A DNA stretch of 55,293 nucleotides from Conidiobolus incongruus B7586 (lineage: Eukaryota). How positions within the stretch are numbered: position 1 is the first letter of the stretch; the number at the start of each line of letters is the position of its first letter. Shown piece by piece: positions 23,926 through 38,518 of the stretch. A program made the position numbers and the translations under genes. The stretch lies in contig JNEM01008043.1 of the NCBI GenBank assembly GCA_000697335.1, forward strand, positions 1-55,293, written 5' to 3'. The notes under the pieces were generated by a model. The model was not told the DNA's origin and made no database searches. It saw only the letters and a list, made by a program, of their open reading frames with translations.

Positions 23926-26900
23926 ATGTCGACTGTTCCAAGTGGTATGGAATTATCCTGATTTAATTAGATATGTTTCTTATATCATTGATTTTCCTAT
24001 AGGTAATGAAATCAAGAGAAGCATGGACTCGGATTTGTCAGATAATGATTATAGCGAATTCGACAATTTTAATGTTGACGATGTAGCTGAGGATGAAGTA
24101 TTGAAAAAAGTTTCAGGTATTAGTAGATATCATTTTATTGCTTTTGATTGATATTGATATTGTTTGATAGTACCCAAAGTCGCTCATATGAAACCTGATA
24201 GTCATTTCTTACTTGATAGACCCAAAAAATCTGACTCTGATATCTCTTCTCTTTTTGGAGAAAGAGATTATTCCGATCTTCCACTTAGAAAAAATAGCTC
24301 CTCTAGACCATTATATATTTCTCCTGATGACGGTCACATCTTCTTGGAAGCCTTTTCTCCTTTTGCCGAGCAAGCTCAAGATTTCTTGGTAGCAATTAGT
24401 GAACCTGTTTCTAGGTAAATTTGTTCAAATGCTTTGCTTTAGCTAATTTTGTTAATATTTACTTTCTAGACCTAACTTTGTTCACGAGTATAAACTCACT
24501 CCGTATTCTTTATATGCTGCTGTATCTGTCGGGTTAGAGACAGAGGCTATAATTTCGGTTTTAACAAGATTTTCCAAAGTAATAATAATTTTTTAATACA
24601 TATGTGACTGCTTTTAACTTATATACATAGGTTCCTGTACCTGAGTCTATTGTGAAGTTTATTAGACAATGTACCCTATCTTACGGAAAAGTAAAATTGG
24701 TATTGAAGCATAACAGATATTTTGTGGAATCATCATATCCAGAAGTCTTACAAATGCTACTTAAGGATCCTGAGATCCGTGCTGCACGTTCTCTTTTATC
24801 ACCGGAAGAGGATGTCAATAAAGGTGAATTGATTCATGAAAAAGCTCCTACTGCAAATGGTTTAGTTATCCCTGGGACTAAAAAGCCAAATGCGGATAAT
24901 AACACTGATCAAAATAACCCTAATCAAGAACCGGCAAATAAAGATGAAATGTTTTCGGTTGTCCTCAACCAAGAGAAGGATGATGATGATGAGGACAATG
25001 AGCAAGTGCACTCATTCCAAATTCCCGCGAGTCAAGTTGAAGTAAGGATTGTTCTGATTTCAAAATTCATTTTCATTAAATAATCTATAGGTTGTTAAAA
25101 AACGTTGTAACGTCCTCGATTATCCAATGCTTGAGGAGTACGATTTCCGTAATGATCACATTAATCCAAATCTTAACATTGATTTGAAACCTATTACAGC
25201 AATCCGTCCTTATCAAGAAAAATCACTTAGTAAAATGTTTGGTAACGGAAGAGCTAGATCGGGTATTATTGTACTTCCTTGTGGTGCTGGTAAAACTCTT
25301 GTTGGAATTACAGCTACATGTACTATTAAGAAAAGTGCACTAGTTTTATGTACTTCTTCGTAAGTAACACATCTTAAATTATATACTTAATATTAATATT
25401 GTTTTTAGAGTATCCGTCCAACAATGGAAGCAGCAGTATCTCACTTGGTCCAATATTAAAGAGTCACAAATTGCAGTATTCACATCAGAATCAAAGCAGG
25501 TTTTCCAAGGAGATGCTGGTATTGTTATTTCGACATTCAGTATGGTGGCCAATACTCGTGCAAGATCTCATCATGCCCAAAAGATGATGGACTTCTTGAC
25601 AGGAAGAGAGTGGGGTTTCTTACTTCTCGATGAAGTACACGTTGTCCCTGCAAATATGTTCAGAAGAGTAGTAACAACCATTGCTGCACACGCCAAACTT
25701 GGGTTGACTGCTACCTTAGTCAGAGAAGATGATAAAATTGACGACTTGAACTTTTTAATTGGACCTAAGTTATATGAAGCCAACTGGATGGATCTCTCAA
25801 GACAAGGTCACATTGCCACTGTCCAGGTATTTTTAATTCATTATTTTGAATATGAGTGAGTATTAATTTATAATATTTAGTGTGCTGAAGTATGGTGTCC
25901 CATGACCCCTGAATTTTATAAAGAATACTTGACAATCTCTCAAAGGTAGTATTCATATCAGTATCTAATTTATAATTTCACTAATATTTTTTTAGAAAAA
26001 AGCCTTTAGTTTATGTTATGAATCCGAAAAAATTCCAAGCATGTCAATTTCTTATTAAATTCCATGAAAGCCGTGGAGATAAAATCATTGTATTTTCAGA
26101 TAATGTGTTTGCTCTTAGAGTAAGCAATCATTTTTATTTTTTAGGTCATTATCTTAACCAATATGATTAGGCTTATGCTCTTAAACTTAAAAAACCATTT
26201 ATTTATGGAGCCACTGGTCAACAGGAAAGAATGAGAATTTTGCAGCAGTTTCAGTACAATCCTGCTGTTAGTACTATTTTCCTCTCAAAAGTATGAGTAA
26301 ATTTTAAATAGTAATATCAAAATATATATAACATTGCTTTATTTAGGTTGGTGATACTTCTATCGATTTGCCTGAAGCGACTGTATTGATTCAGGTTTCA
26401 TCTCATTACGGTTCAAGAAGACAAGAAGCACAGAGATTGGGTAAATAGATCAATCATTTACAATTTATCAATATATTTATTTTATGATTTAGGTCGTATT
26501 CTTCGTGCTAAACGTCGTAATGACGAAGGTTTCAATGCTTTCTTCTACTCGCTTGTCTCTCAAGACACTGACGAAATGTACTACTCTTCAAAACGTCAAC
26601 AGTTTTTAATCGATCAAGGCTACGCATTTAAAGTGATTACTGAACTTGAAGGTATGGAAGACTGTCCCGACCTTGTATATAAAGATAGAGACTCTCAATT
26701 GGAATTATTAAATGAAGTAATCATGGCCAAAGATTCTGATGCTGAATTTAATGATGATATCGTCACTGGCTATGATGATTTAGCTACGAGCTTAGAAATT
26801 CGACGCTCGGAAGCTGTCAAGAGACAGAGAATTGAATCTAAATCAATCTCTGGTGGTGATAAAATGGCTTATACCGAGCATAATAGACCTGTTAACTTTA

Positions 26901-26950
26901 GAAATCGCGAAAGAAATCACTTGTTTAAGAAGAGAGATGGTAGAAAGTAA
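23926..26950 (+). CDS. SSL2: TFIIH helicase/translocase XPB, copy 1 (canonical), multi-exon
   Basis: [26 protein letters not shown] (Walker A), [12 protein letters not shown] (RED) and [13 protein letters not shown] motifs. Confidence 0.95.
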
Positions 26951-27493
26951 ATCCAAGTTGTCCAAGTCTATTGTTTACTACAATTATAATTACATTTTAC
27001 AATTATTATATCCTAATTCATTATATTCAAATTTTATGTATTATTAACCTTATTATATTATAACACAATATATTTAGATTTTAAAATAATCAAAACACCA
27101 AATTAGTATTAAAATGATTAATAAACTAATTTTTTCTTCCAAGGTTATCTTAAAGTTAGTCACAATTTCCATTTGTGCAAAAGCATATTGTGGATAAAGA
27201 AAGTGGGTACAACATTGAAAAAAATGCCAAATACTCCTATTCTATCTATTTCATTTATCTATCAAATTTATATTGTATATTACTAAAATCTTGAGGTATT
27301 TCAATTTGGGCCGTTCCTAAATATTTTGGTATGAACAAATAATAAACAACAGATTTTATGAATTAAAAATAAAATGAGTATATTAACGATTAATAATAAA
27401 TAAGTTTTAAATCAATATAAAAAATATTTTCTCTGTAAAATATTAAATATATTTTCATTTATATTTAAATTTTAGATGTATATTAATAATTAA

Positions 27494-28069
27494 TTATTCA
27501 TATCCTAAAATTAATGATCTTTTATAATTTGTAATATTTGGCATTCTACAAATAGAGTTTTTTTTAATATAATGAATGTAAGTAATTGCAGACGATTTGG
27601 TATACCTCTTGGATTCATGATCATTAGCCTTCTTTAGTGTATCAAGTGTGGATAGAGTAGCTCGTATCTGGACTTTAATTAAGAGTGTGCAGTCTGGATA
27701 TTGGACATTTTGATTATCTGAGTTTATTACAAATATATAGTTATAGTGCAATGATGATAATGTGAGTGATTCCCAATGGGTATCAATGATAATGGGTAAT
27801 ATTAACAGTTTCCTTTTAAATGGGTTCAATACGCTGGTAAACCATGTCCATGGTGATGAGGTTGTATAGGCAAGAAATCCTTTATGAGACATGCTATAGA
27901 GATCATTAATATAGCTATAAGAATTATAAAAGTTGTTTTTGACATTGAAATATAGTGATAATGCTTGGGTTGATGAATTAAGCATCATATAGGATTTTGT
28001 GATTAATATCACTATAGAATATAATAGTCTGATGAACATAGTATATAAGCATATTAAATATTTAGCCAT
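27494..28069 (-). pseudogene. Possible degenerate Ulp1/C48 peptidase-like relic
   Basis: FYNSYSY...WFTSVLNPFKRKLLILPIIIDTHWESL...IFVINS resembles the C48 pattern FFNSFFY..W...ILIPI...HW.L...YDS. No Q..DCG catalytic Cys seen. Confidence 0.35.
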
Positions 28070-30331
28070 AGGCTATATTAATATCAATATTTATTTAAAT
28101 AATAGATCTATACAGTTTAAAAGATTAGAAGACTCAAATAATAAATTACTAATTATGTCTATGCTATAAATAAATATTTATCAGTTTTTCAAACGTTGAA
28201 ATTTGTATAATCGGTTGATATCATAGATGTCAAATAAATTTATTAAAATATTAATTTTGTTTGTGATATCAAGTCCTGCGAAGGACATATACGTTAAAAA
28301 TGATAGCAATAGATAATACAATGGATGATGAAGAAGGTATGAATTTTTTCTATTAAAATACGTTGCAAATCAGGGATAATTATTTCACTCTGTACTGATA
28401 TACAAATGGGTAAAAATATATTATGAAGTCAGGTTAATGGGACTAATTATAAAATTTCTATTTCATTAATTGGATTCAAATTTGTAATAAGAAATTATTT
28501 ATTTCAGGTATTAGTCACTCATTTTCAATATAATCGATTTTAATGTAAATGAAAATCAAATAAAGTCGCAATATTAATGACAATGTGTTTTAGCAAAATG
28601 TCATTATACGTATTTCATTAAATATAACAATTTTAATTTTTAATGTTTGATACAATTTAATTGAATTCAATGATGCAATTTCTTTATTATTAATACAATT
28701 TACAATATAAAATTTATATGAAATTATCCGAATTTATTCATTAATTTTAAGGATAACCCTATTTGTAAAATCGATATATTATAAATATATTCAAAATATA
28801 TTATTATATATTTTTAAATATTTAGTAAGAAAAATGCCAATATTATTATTTATAATATAAAGATTTAATTTATATTGAAATTTTTGTTTTTTAAATCAAA
28901 AAATATTATATTTTAATAGATATAGAAATTATACTCTCATATCTTGATTTAACTTCAATAATTATTTGATTCTATATATAACATATTTCTCTTTCATCTT
29001 CAATAATTACTTTTATCATTCTAATTGATATATTTAATTTATTATTATATATTCAGGATATTTTTAACGAATTAACATAAACAAAAGGATGTTAACAATA
29101 GTTGGATTAAACTTTAAAAGGAAATCAGAGATTGTTGATTTGTTAGTAGTATATTGTACAATATTGGATTGTTAACTTATGACCAATCATTGCAAAAATT
29201 CAATTAATTTTGTCAATAAAAAATATATATTAATGAAAGTTATGAATTAATTGAAAATAAAGATGTTAATTTAAATTTGATCACATAAATTATATTATGG
29301 GCATTTCTCTATTATTAATTTTAAATTATAATATATTATCTTCATTAATTCATATATATATATATATTTCTTACAATTTGAATAAATTTAAAATATTGAA
29401 CTTATCAATAGGTAGAATGATATCTAAATGATTAAATTTAATACAACATAAAATATTCCCAAAATGGCATTTAGAATTTGATATAAAAATACTATGATAA
29501 TATATATCAAGGTAATCTGAATTATCTCATGATCTTCAATATATCCTAATTATTGTGGAATTATAATAACAACATTCATATGGATATAAAAGAGTAAATC
29601 ATGTATATATTTGAAATCAATAAAATAAGATAGAAATTTAAGCAATTACTAATTAATTTTAGTTTAAAATTTAAAACTAGAAAATTTTATATACTTTTTA
29701 AATAGATTAGATTTAAATTGAGAATATTGCTGAATTGTTTAAAATTGAATATGACATGCTAAAATCTGAATAATATATTTTTGCTGATATTTCTCCAAAT
29801 ACATATTCTTAATAATACTAAATATTACTCTTTCAATTATATATAACTCATTTGTTAATTTCTTTAGAGAATTTCAATGTTATATTTTCAAAAATTATAT
29901 AGGTTCAATTATTGAGTATTTTGTTATATTGAACTCAATAAACAAATTTGTCATAACTATGCTCCATTAAAAACAGAGCATATTCTGTACTAATATTAAT
30001 ATAGTAATTATTTATATATTAAATTAGATTTTATTGTAATAGAAAATAATTAAAATCTCTGACTTGTGTCAAACACTGAATTAGAATATAGAAATTAATA
30101 AATGGTTTAATAGATAAATTTTATATATTAAAATACTGATGTGTAATTTTAATATTAATTGATATTAACAAATTTTTGATTTTATATTTTATATTAATAT
30201 AAGTTTACTTTTATTATATTATTTTCGGCAAATATGGAATTAAGATCTATTTTAAATTTTTCTAATATTTAAAATATGATTTAGTATTATGTGAATGTTT
30301 TTATAAAATAATTTCACGCGACAAGGGTTTG

Positions 30332-30645
30332 TTCTCACCAATTATCATCACTCCAACCCAATATAATGATTATTCTTCCCTGGAATATAGATTCACTTAC
30401 TCTTCGTTCTTTGATTGGCTATTCACCCAAGCCACCGCAATACTTTTTAAATAGTTTTATCTTACCTATACTATAAAACCCGGATTTGGATTATTCATGC
30501 CAAGATCAAACTGATTTAGGTTTTCCCTTTTACTTGACAAAATCAATAAAACACCTTATCAGCGCATCTTACAGCCGAATATCCCGGATTACTCCTTTTA
30601 TTAATTCTGCTCAGAGCACTGCTTTTTCAAGTATTGTTAATAACT
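30332..30645 (-). repeat. Dispersed ~320-bp element copy A (candidate solo LTR)
   Basis: Colinear blocks shared with 46818-47136: ctcacc, aatataa, tttgatt, caagccaccg, aaaacccgga, aactga, tattgttaataa. Confidence 0.55.
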
Positions 30646-32178
30646 ATTAAATATAAGTTTAACTATTGATTATTTCTACCCGTATTTGCAAATTAAAATG
30701 TTATGAAATTTTTTAAATATAAATATCTAAACTTTTTTATTTGACTATATTGAGTTGAGTTATGATAATAGAAATTAATAAAGGTTAGAGTAGTGAATCC
30801 TTTAACATTTTATTGTGTCTGGATCTTGTCATAATTAATTATGTTAAAATAGTAATTATGGAACAGTTCCAATATAAGGTTGAGTAGTTTTCAATTATTT
30901 AATATTGATTAATCTTATAATAGTTAGTATAAATTAATACTTAAAGAATTTATTGAGTTTATCTCTCAAAATTTTAGAATAATTAATTATTAACTTAATT
31001 TCAAGATAAAATATATATTTTCATAATATTTCCTTCTATTGTCAAATGATTCATACCTGTATTTGAATTTTTTTCAATTCAGAGTGTTTCCTGTTTTAAT
31101 TAAAAATATAACTTCACATATAATATTTAATAAGTCAATTAAGATTTAAAGAGTAAGGTAAGTAATATATAAAAATAAATATTGTTTTATCATCATTGAA
31201 TAAGTACATAAAATATAAATTTTCATTAATTTTATCTATTCTCAAAGCATCAACACTCTTTTAAACAAAATTATAATAAAATCTTTGGATTTAAATTAAA
31301 ATTTAATAATTTTTATCTTATAATAGAATGATTTTAATTAAATCTAATATCAAATATATCTATTAAGATTATTGTAATATTTTAAAAATTTCAATATTCA
31401 TATTAATTTTGTAATAATATAATATATTTACTTAACTGTTAAGATTTTTTATTAATTAATAACTATAATTAAAAATTTAAATTTATTATAAAATATTTAA
31501 AAATTATAATTTAATAATATTAATAACAAAAAACACTTATTGTTACAAAATTAATATTTTAACAGAATGATAATAAGGGATATTATCATTTTAAAAATAA
31601 TTAAATCCAAATAAATTTCATTTCATTTTATTAAAATTCAATAGGGTCATTAAAAATATATTAATATACTACAAAATATAATTATATTTTTTATCTTAAT
31701 TATCAATCAAGTAATAGCGAATAATTATTAGAATTAATAAATTCAAACTTATTATTTTTATACCTTCAATTAACATTTGGAAAGTTTTTTAATATAAAAT
31801 TTATTGTTATTAATCTAATACGATTGAAATTGATTGAGGAAGAGGGCTCAAATTCGAATTTTTTATTAGTGGAGTTGATGAAATTTAAAAAACACCAAAA
31901 ATTTTACAGTTATATTAAATTTTTGTTTAAATAATTGAAAATGTAAAAAATAATTATTTAGATCTCAATTATTTTTAATTTGTAAAATAAAATTTATAAT
32001 ACTAAGAAATTTCATCAAATTTCAAAAAAAAAATTCATTTTAACCAAAATGATTTATCTTAAATCTATTTAAAAAAATTACAAATTATTCAATAATGCCA
32101 AGAATTTTATAATTTACAACAATGCCTCCATAGTACAGATGTTTAATAATACAAAATCAATAACAATTCTCCTCCAAA

Positions 32179-33883
32179 TTATTTGGATTGGTTACTTTGG
32201 TAAATAAAGAATAGTAATCTTCTTAAAAAGTTGACACCTTGGTTAAAGTCGAAGAGGATGAAGTCGCGAAAGTATTCCGGAAGTTCTTTCCAACTGAGGT
32301 CTCCCGGTTGAGACGGTAAGATGGGTTCATAACCTAATATGGTATTGTCCGTGTCTTGGTCTTGAATTGTGAAGAGATTGAAGTGATGGACTATATATTA
32401 TGGGTTAGTCAGGTGTTTAGAATGAATGGGTTGTAATATTACCTCCTAAAGGTCCTGCCTGCGAACATTGGAACTTATTCAAAGGCATGACATTCCCATA
32501 CCGCGACGTAAGCTTTCGCACATCATCCGGGGTATATGAAGTGTGATGAATATCCAACTGAGTGCATAGCTGATAAAATTGGAAATAACTCATATTCAAT
32601 TTGTCTAGAGCTTCATCAGAGAAATTGTTAATTGTATTAAGTTGAATTTGTTGATCTGTAGATTGGTTAATATTTAGTTTGGAATTGTGGGAATTTCAAT
32701 TACCTGAATATGCTCGCAAATGGTGGATTAAAGTGAGCAAATTTTCTTCTTTCTCTTTTCGTAGTCCTGATAGTTGAGCTTGAAGGTGCTGTAGGTGAGC
32801 TTGTGCTTGTTGTACTTCATCAGAATAATCTAAATATTTAGGTTAATATCATCAAATTTCGTAGTTGATTGGGTGAATTTACCATTAGATATATTTTCTG
32901 TTAGGGGAGGATTGGGTTTAAGTTGATTTTTTTGTGCTTTCAAAGCTGCTAATTCACTCTCAAGTTCCAAACTTTGTTCCTTTTCCTGTTATAGAAAATT
33001 AGGTACACATAAATTGATAGCTGTTCAGTATATTTACCTTTGCCAACCTCTGTGCCAATCCCGCTAATTCAAAAATTGATACTGATGATGACTTTGTCAA
33101 ATTCATAGGCTCTGAATTAGCATCCTTTTTTTGTTTCTTATTTATGGTCTTAGGTTTAACCCGTATATCGTCAAATTTGACAAATTGGTCATCTGTACCA
33201 ATATCGTCATTGTCATTGATATATTCAGAAATTTCGTCAGGTGTTGAATCCAGTTGGAAGACTTGGCCACTTGAACCTTTTTTCGTCGGCGACTTGGAAC
33301 TTTGCGATTTTTTGGATTTTTTATTCTTTTTGAACGATGTTACATCGATTTCATCGGGAATGTCGGTTGGAACGAATTTCACGCTTCTTCGCACCCTCGA
33401 TTTGGAACTGGAATGGTCCGGTTCCATTACTTCAATGTTCACTTGATCGGATGTAAGCCACTCGTCTAAAGCTAGTAGCGAGTTGGATCGATTGGGTTCC
33501 GAGTAATTATCATTTAAAGTGCTTAAAGTAGATCGTTTCTTTACTTGTTTCGAATTTATGCCATTGGATTTGGTGCTTGCTCCGGCTGGAATATCGTCGT
33601 TCTGTTTGGACTGCTCTGAACTTTTGGTTAGTGTATCTTTCTTAGCCTTGCTCCATCCCTTAAAATCGAGACTAAATTGACGCGATACAATGGGACTTGG
33701 GTTATGTGTCGTTGTAGCAGTTGGTTCCCAAGGCACCCTACTGACTCCTTTATTCGTATGAATTTCTGGCTGATCTTCTAATTTCTTTCTGGATACATTT
33801 TTATAACGTTTTATAGGCAATACTTTTTTCACTTTTTTGGGTGAAATTTTCTTAGGAGATGTCTTCTTTGGGGAAGTTTTCAT
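32179..33883 (-). CDS. Monopolin subunit Csm1/Pcs1-like protein with long basic disordered N-terminus, multi-exon
   Basis: After a coiled coil, the C-terminus FQCSQAGPLG..HFNL..GYEPIL...LSWKELPEYFRDFILFDFNQGVNFLRRL matches the Csm1 domain pattern. Start uncertain (cag directly upstream suggests a further exon). Confidence 0.65.
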
Positions 33884-34797
33884 CCTGTTAAATATTAAAT
33901 GCTTAATGATATTAATAAGTGTGAGTGAAAGTGGTTAAAAGAAGTATTATACGACTACTTATTAATATTAATTAATTAGTATAATTTCGATAAATTTCAA
34001 ATGAATGATGATTTGTTATTATTGTATATACATTATTGTTATTAAATGCACTCAACATAATCCACTATTATTTCATATAAATTGAAATTAAGAATTATGG
34101 GATTTTCGTTTAAGCTTTGAACTTTCAATTATATTTATTCAATAATTAATTCAGGTTTATTTAATAAATTGTTAATAATGATGATTGATAAAATAAATTA
34201 TGTAATTTAATACATTTAAAAAAAATAATAATATGATATATAAAAATTTAGTATTAATGATATATTTAATTGGCCTCTTATTTTTAATAAAGTAATTGTA
34301 ATTAATTTATTAATAATAAAAATAATTAAAAATTATAATAAATAAAATAAAAGTTATAAAATTAAATTAACTATTAATATTACAATTATAAAAAAATTCT
34401 TACAATATTTATTCATTAAATAATCAGGCCAAAACTTATTAATTAATTAATTAATAATAATAGGATTTAGAAATGAAAGCTAAGTTTCATTGAAGGTTTG
34501 ATAAGATATCGGATGTACAGTTGGGGTAAGATCGTCGAACATTTTAACAAATTCTGATTGGCATAAAGCCAATTTGCAAACAATTTTCGAAACTGTGTGA
34601 AGATTGGAATCGGGCAATACTGTGGAATAGTCTAATCGTATTAGAATTACTACTGTTGGAGAAATAATGATCACCTTAAGTGATTTTTTCAAATTGTGAT
34701 AAATTTTAGTCATTTTTGTTTTGCAGTTGACTATTATTATGTTGTTGATGGTCTATTAGTGTTAGATCATATTGAATGAAATGAGAATTGGGGTCAA

Positions 34798-35686
34798 TTA
34801 TTGACCGGAAAACCTCGGTCGAGATCGAATTTTGTAGGGCTTACTTGTATCATTACGATGGTTGGTGTAAGTCGGCTCAGGTAATGTATACTTTGGTCGC
34901 CTGATATTGTATGCGACCGGTGATGATGTATTGAGGAACGTATACTTGCCATCCTTCGCGGCCAGCGGTGCAATGGAACCGTTGGGCAACACTTTGATCT
35001 TCTTCCTGGCATCCAAGAGACTGTGACCATCGTCCGACCCAGGTCGTGCAAACTCGTCGATGATCTGGTACCCGTCGAGATTGACTACGAGGAGAGCGAG
35101 GCCCACCATGAATGGGGGTGAGTTCTTGTTGGCAATGGTGATGTCGATGCAATTCTGGTAGAATTCACGTTCACCCGACGCGTTGATCCAATTCCATGAG
35201 AAGACTACTTTGTCGCTGGGTAGCGCATCTGCTGGAATTGGGATTTTGTATTCAAACTCGATTGGCCCCGTTTTAGATGGCATGCAGTTGCGCACAATTG
35301 TGTAAAACACGATCCAATCCTTACCCCCATTATATGATAGTGCAAATTGGCAGTGTCCTCCATTGTGTGGAGCGTTTCCACCAAGTTTCACTGTCATTTC
35401 TTCTCCAGCGTTGTATGTCGCGAATATTGGCCCTGCAGAGGTGCCTCGGCATGGAAATGGATTCTAAATTAAACATGTTAGTATTGATGATTAATTGATA
35501 TGCTGAATTTTATATTACATCTGGCCCCAAAGGAGCACTCATATCGTTATCAACATCACCTATGGTCTGATAAGCAGGATTGTATTTGGATCTCCTGGGA
35601 GGAGGATATCTCATTTCCATATGAGCGCTTACATCCAGCAAGCTTAACAACCAATAACCCACCAACAAATTAGGATGAATCCTCAT
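34798..35686 (-). CDS. Secreted AA11-like lytic polysaccharide monooxygenase (exons 35686-35519, 35463-34798)
   Basis: Signal peptide ending VSA|H. His1 in HMEMRYPPP, PFPC, second His in APHNGGHCQF, and WNWINASGEREFYQNC (axial Tyr). Confidence 0.8.
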
Positions 35687-36836
35687 GATAAATAAAAAAA
35701 ACCAAAAAAACAACAATAATATCCAAAATTAGGACAGTATTAAAGAATACAAAATTGCAATAAAGGACTAAATGAGTTTAAACTTGTACGAATTATCATT
35801 TATAAACCTAAATTTGAAACTTTAAATCGAGTTTAGAAACCAATTTCAAATATTTTTTGAAATTAAATTTCCGTTGATTGAAAACTTTTAAATTTGTAAA
35901 ACTAAATTTATATAGTTATGAAATTACTGCTATTTTATAGATTCAATATTATTTATACTTTTTATGTAATATATATTATTATAATTTGAGATATATTACA
36001 TAGAAATTCCGATTAATTCAAATTAAAATATATATTTAATTTGAATTCAAAATATTATGGTCGAAGCACATGGCTCATAATTCCTCTAATAATTTTAACT
36101 ATGAATCAATTATTACATCATATATATATATATATATATATATATCAACTAATAAATTCTTCTCGATCTATTATATTACAATTTATAATATTATATCATC
36201 ATATTTTTAACATCTATGTATTTTAATATTACTCATTCATTTTGTACTATTTTTGAAAAATAATAAGATTGAAATGATTTCAATGATTTAAATTATCATC
36301 AGTATAGTATATTCAATATTTTAGATCAAAATTATCATTTAATCAAAAAGTATATACTATCAGGATTCAAGTTAACCTAGTAATTTAAATTGAGTATGGA
36401 TCCAAAATATTAATCGATGACGTTATTGAAGTTAATACTAATTATCAACTCTATTAAATACTATATATTTGAAAACTTTCTTGAATCATCAATATAATAC
36501 AAAAATTTTTATGTTATGAATTTTGTTATATTCTCACATTCTCATAATGTAAATCCTCTATAACCAAAAACTGATATAGAAATCAAAAAAAATATTAAAA
36601 GTGTTATTTAATTTTAAAACAATATAGTGATTAAAAATCAACTAAATTAATCATGAAAAAGAAATTTATCTCATTACAAGATTATATAGATGAGTGCAGA
36701 TGATGCTTTGCTATTATATAATTTTATAAATGAAACAAAAGTAATAAAATATTATGATAAAAGTAGGACATTGATAAAGATGTGCTAATATTAAGTTGAA
36801 GGATAGATATTATATTATATTATACAGTTCAGATTT

Positions 36837-38518
36837 TTAAGGCATTACGGAATCAATCTCGTTGGGATGCTCCAAGTACCACCAAATTTTGGAATAGTGT
36901 TCCGATTTTTGCATAGCTTGATGAATGCCTCGGCTTGTTTTGGCGATGACTTCCTCATCGTTGGGAGGGGGTAAGTTATTGGGGATCCTTTCGGAATAAT
37001 GGTTGACAATTTGCTCTAAAGATTTAATAATTTCGTTAATGGCGTAGCGAGCTTCCGCGACAATGCGAGGATGGTCGTCGGATAGTTTAAGAGTTAATCG
37101 ATTGCCGATAAGGAGGAGGTTGGGTACAACGGACTGTCTGAAGGATTGTTCGCCGATCATAGGAATTAATATAAGGGCACCACAGAGGGCGGACAATGGT
37201 TTTGTAGTATCCAAAAGTGCAGCATAGAGGGTATTATTAATTTTGATTTTGACATTATTGTGCGTAGGACCAAAATCAGAGTAGATTCTAGCAACTAGAG
37301 TGGCTGCTTGGCGACGCACATTCCAGTGGTATTCGGTAGATTCGTTACCAGTTCCTTTAGCAAAAGTGCAAGATAAAATCGATGGCAATAATTGGTGTAA
37401 ATAATGCTGAATATCAAAGAATGGGCTACGCATGATGGCGCTAATCATATTAAGAATGTAAGTAAGAGTCTGGAAATCCTTCATGCTTTCTGAAATCTAA
37501 TAGTAAAAATCAGTATCAAATCAATATAAATATATAAAATTAAATATATACTCTTTGACTACAATAATGAACAAAATAAGGTAATAATTGACTTAAACCA
37601 GGATCTTCCGATAAACTTTGATAGGCTGAAATTCGAAGGGATTCTTCTGAACTAACCACAGCACTTGCAATCTTTTCAAAGTAAACTTGTAATTCTTTAG
37701 AAAGTTTGTGTTTGACTGAAGATTTGATCTCAAGTTTAGCAGATTCAGTAGATTCCTCGGGGATCTTCTTGGCCTTCTTAGCAGGACTGGGTTTGTCTTC
37801 AACTGCTGAAGGAAAAGTTAGAAACTTTATTCAGGATAAAGAGTTAAATGCTACCTTTTTCAACAGGGTTCTGAGGAATAAGTGGTTGAACACCTTCGAT
37901 AGCTAACCAATGTGCTATTAACAAAAATTAGGTTGACGTTAAATACAATCTAATTCCAAAAAAGAAATTACCTGTAAAAGTCATTTCGGGTGGAACGGGA
38001 GGTAATGGGGCTTCAAAAAGAGCATCGAAAGAAATTTCAGTGTCGTTTAAATAGTACAAATCTTGATTATTGTGAGTAATCTTTTTAAAATCGATGTTAC
38101 TGGGACCATTGAAACCGTAGAGAGGCTAATTATATAAGCATAAGTAAAAATTATATAGTATAAAATTTTTCTATTACTTCAACATTCTGAACCCTCAAAG
38201 CATGGTTAATATCGTCAACCATCAGTTTTTCACGTTGAGAATGTCTCATAAATTTAATGGATTCCTAAAATCATTAAAATTAAATAATGCTAACATATAT
38301 AGTATTTAAAATTTTAATATACTTGAATGACTTGATTGAGACGATATTCGACATCTTGAGCTAAAGCTGTAGCGATTTCATCCGATAAATTGTTAATATT
38401 AAGGGATTCGGCAACATCCTAAGCGCAATATCGATAAGTAAACCATTTTAAACATAGCGAAATGAGAATTTACCTTAATACATTCTTTGGGATATATTGA
38501 AGCTTTATTTTCGGTCAT
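36837..38518 (-). CDS. TAF6: TFIID/SAGA subunit TAF6, multi-exon
   Basis: Histone fold VAESLNINNLSDEIATALAQDVEYRL..KFMRHSQREKLMVDDINHAL, HWLAIEGVQP, and YLHQLLPSILSC..HWNVRRQAA. Confidence 0.92.
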
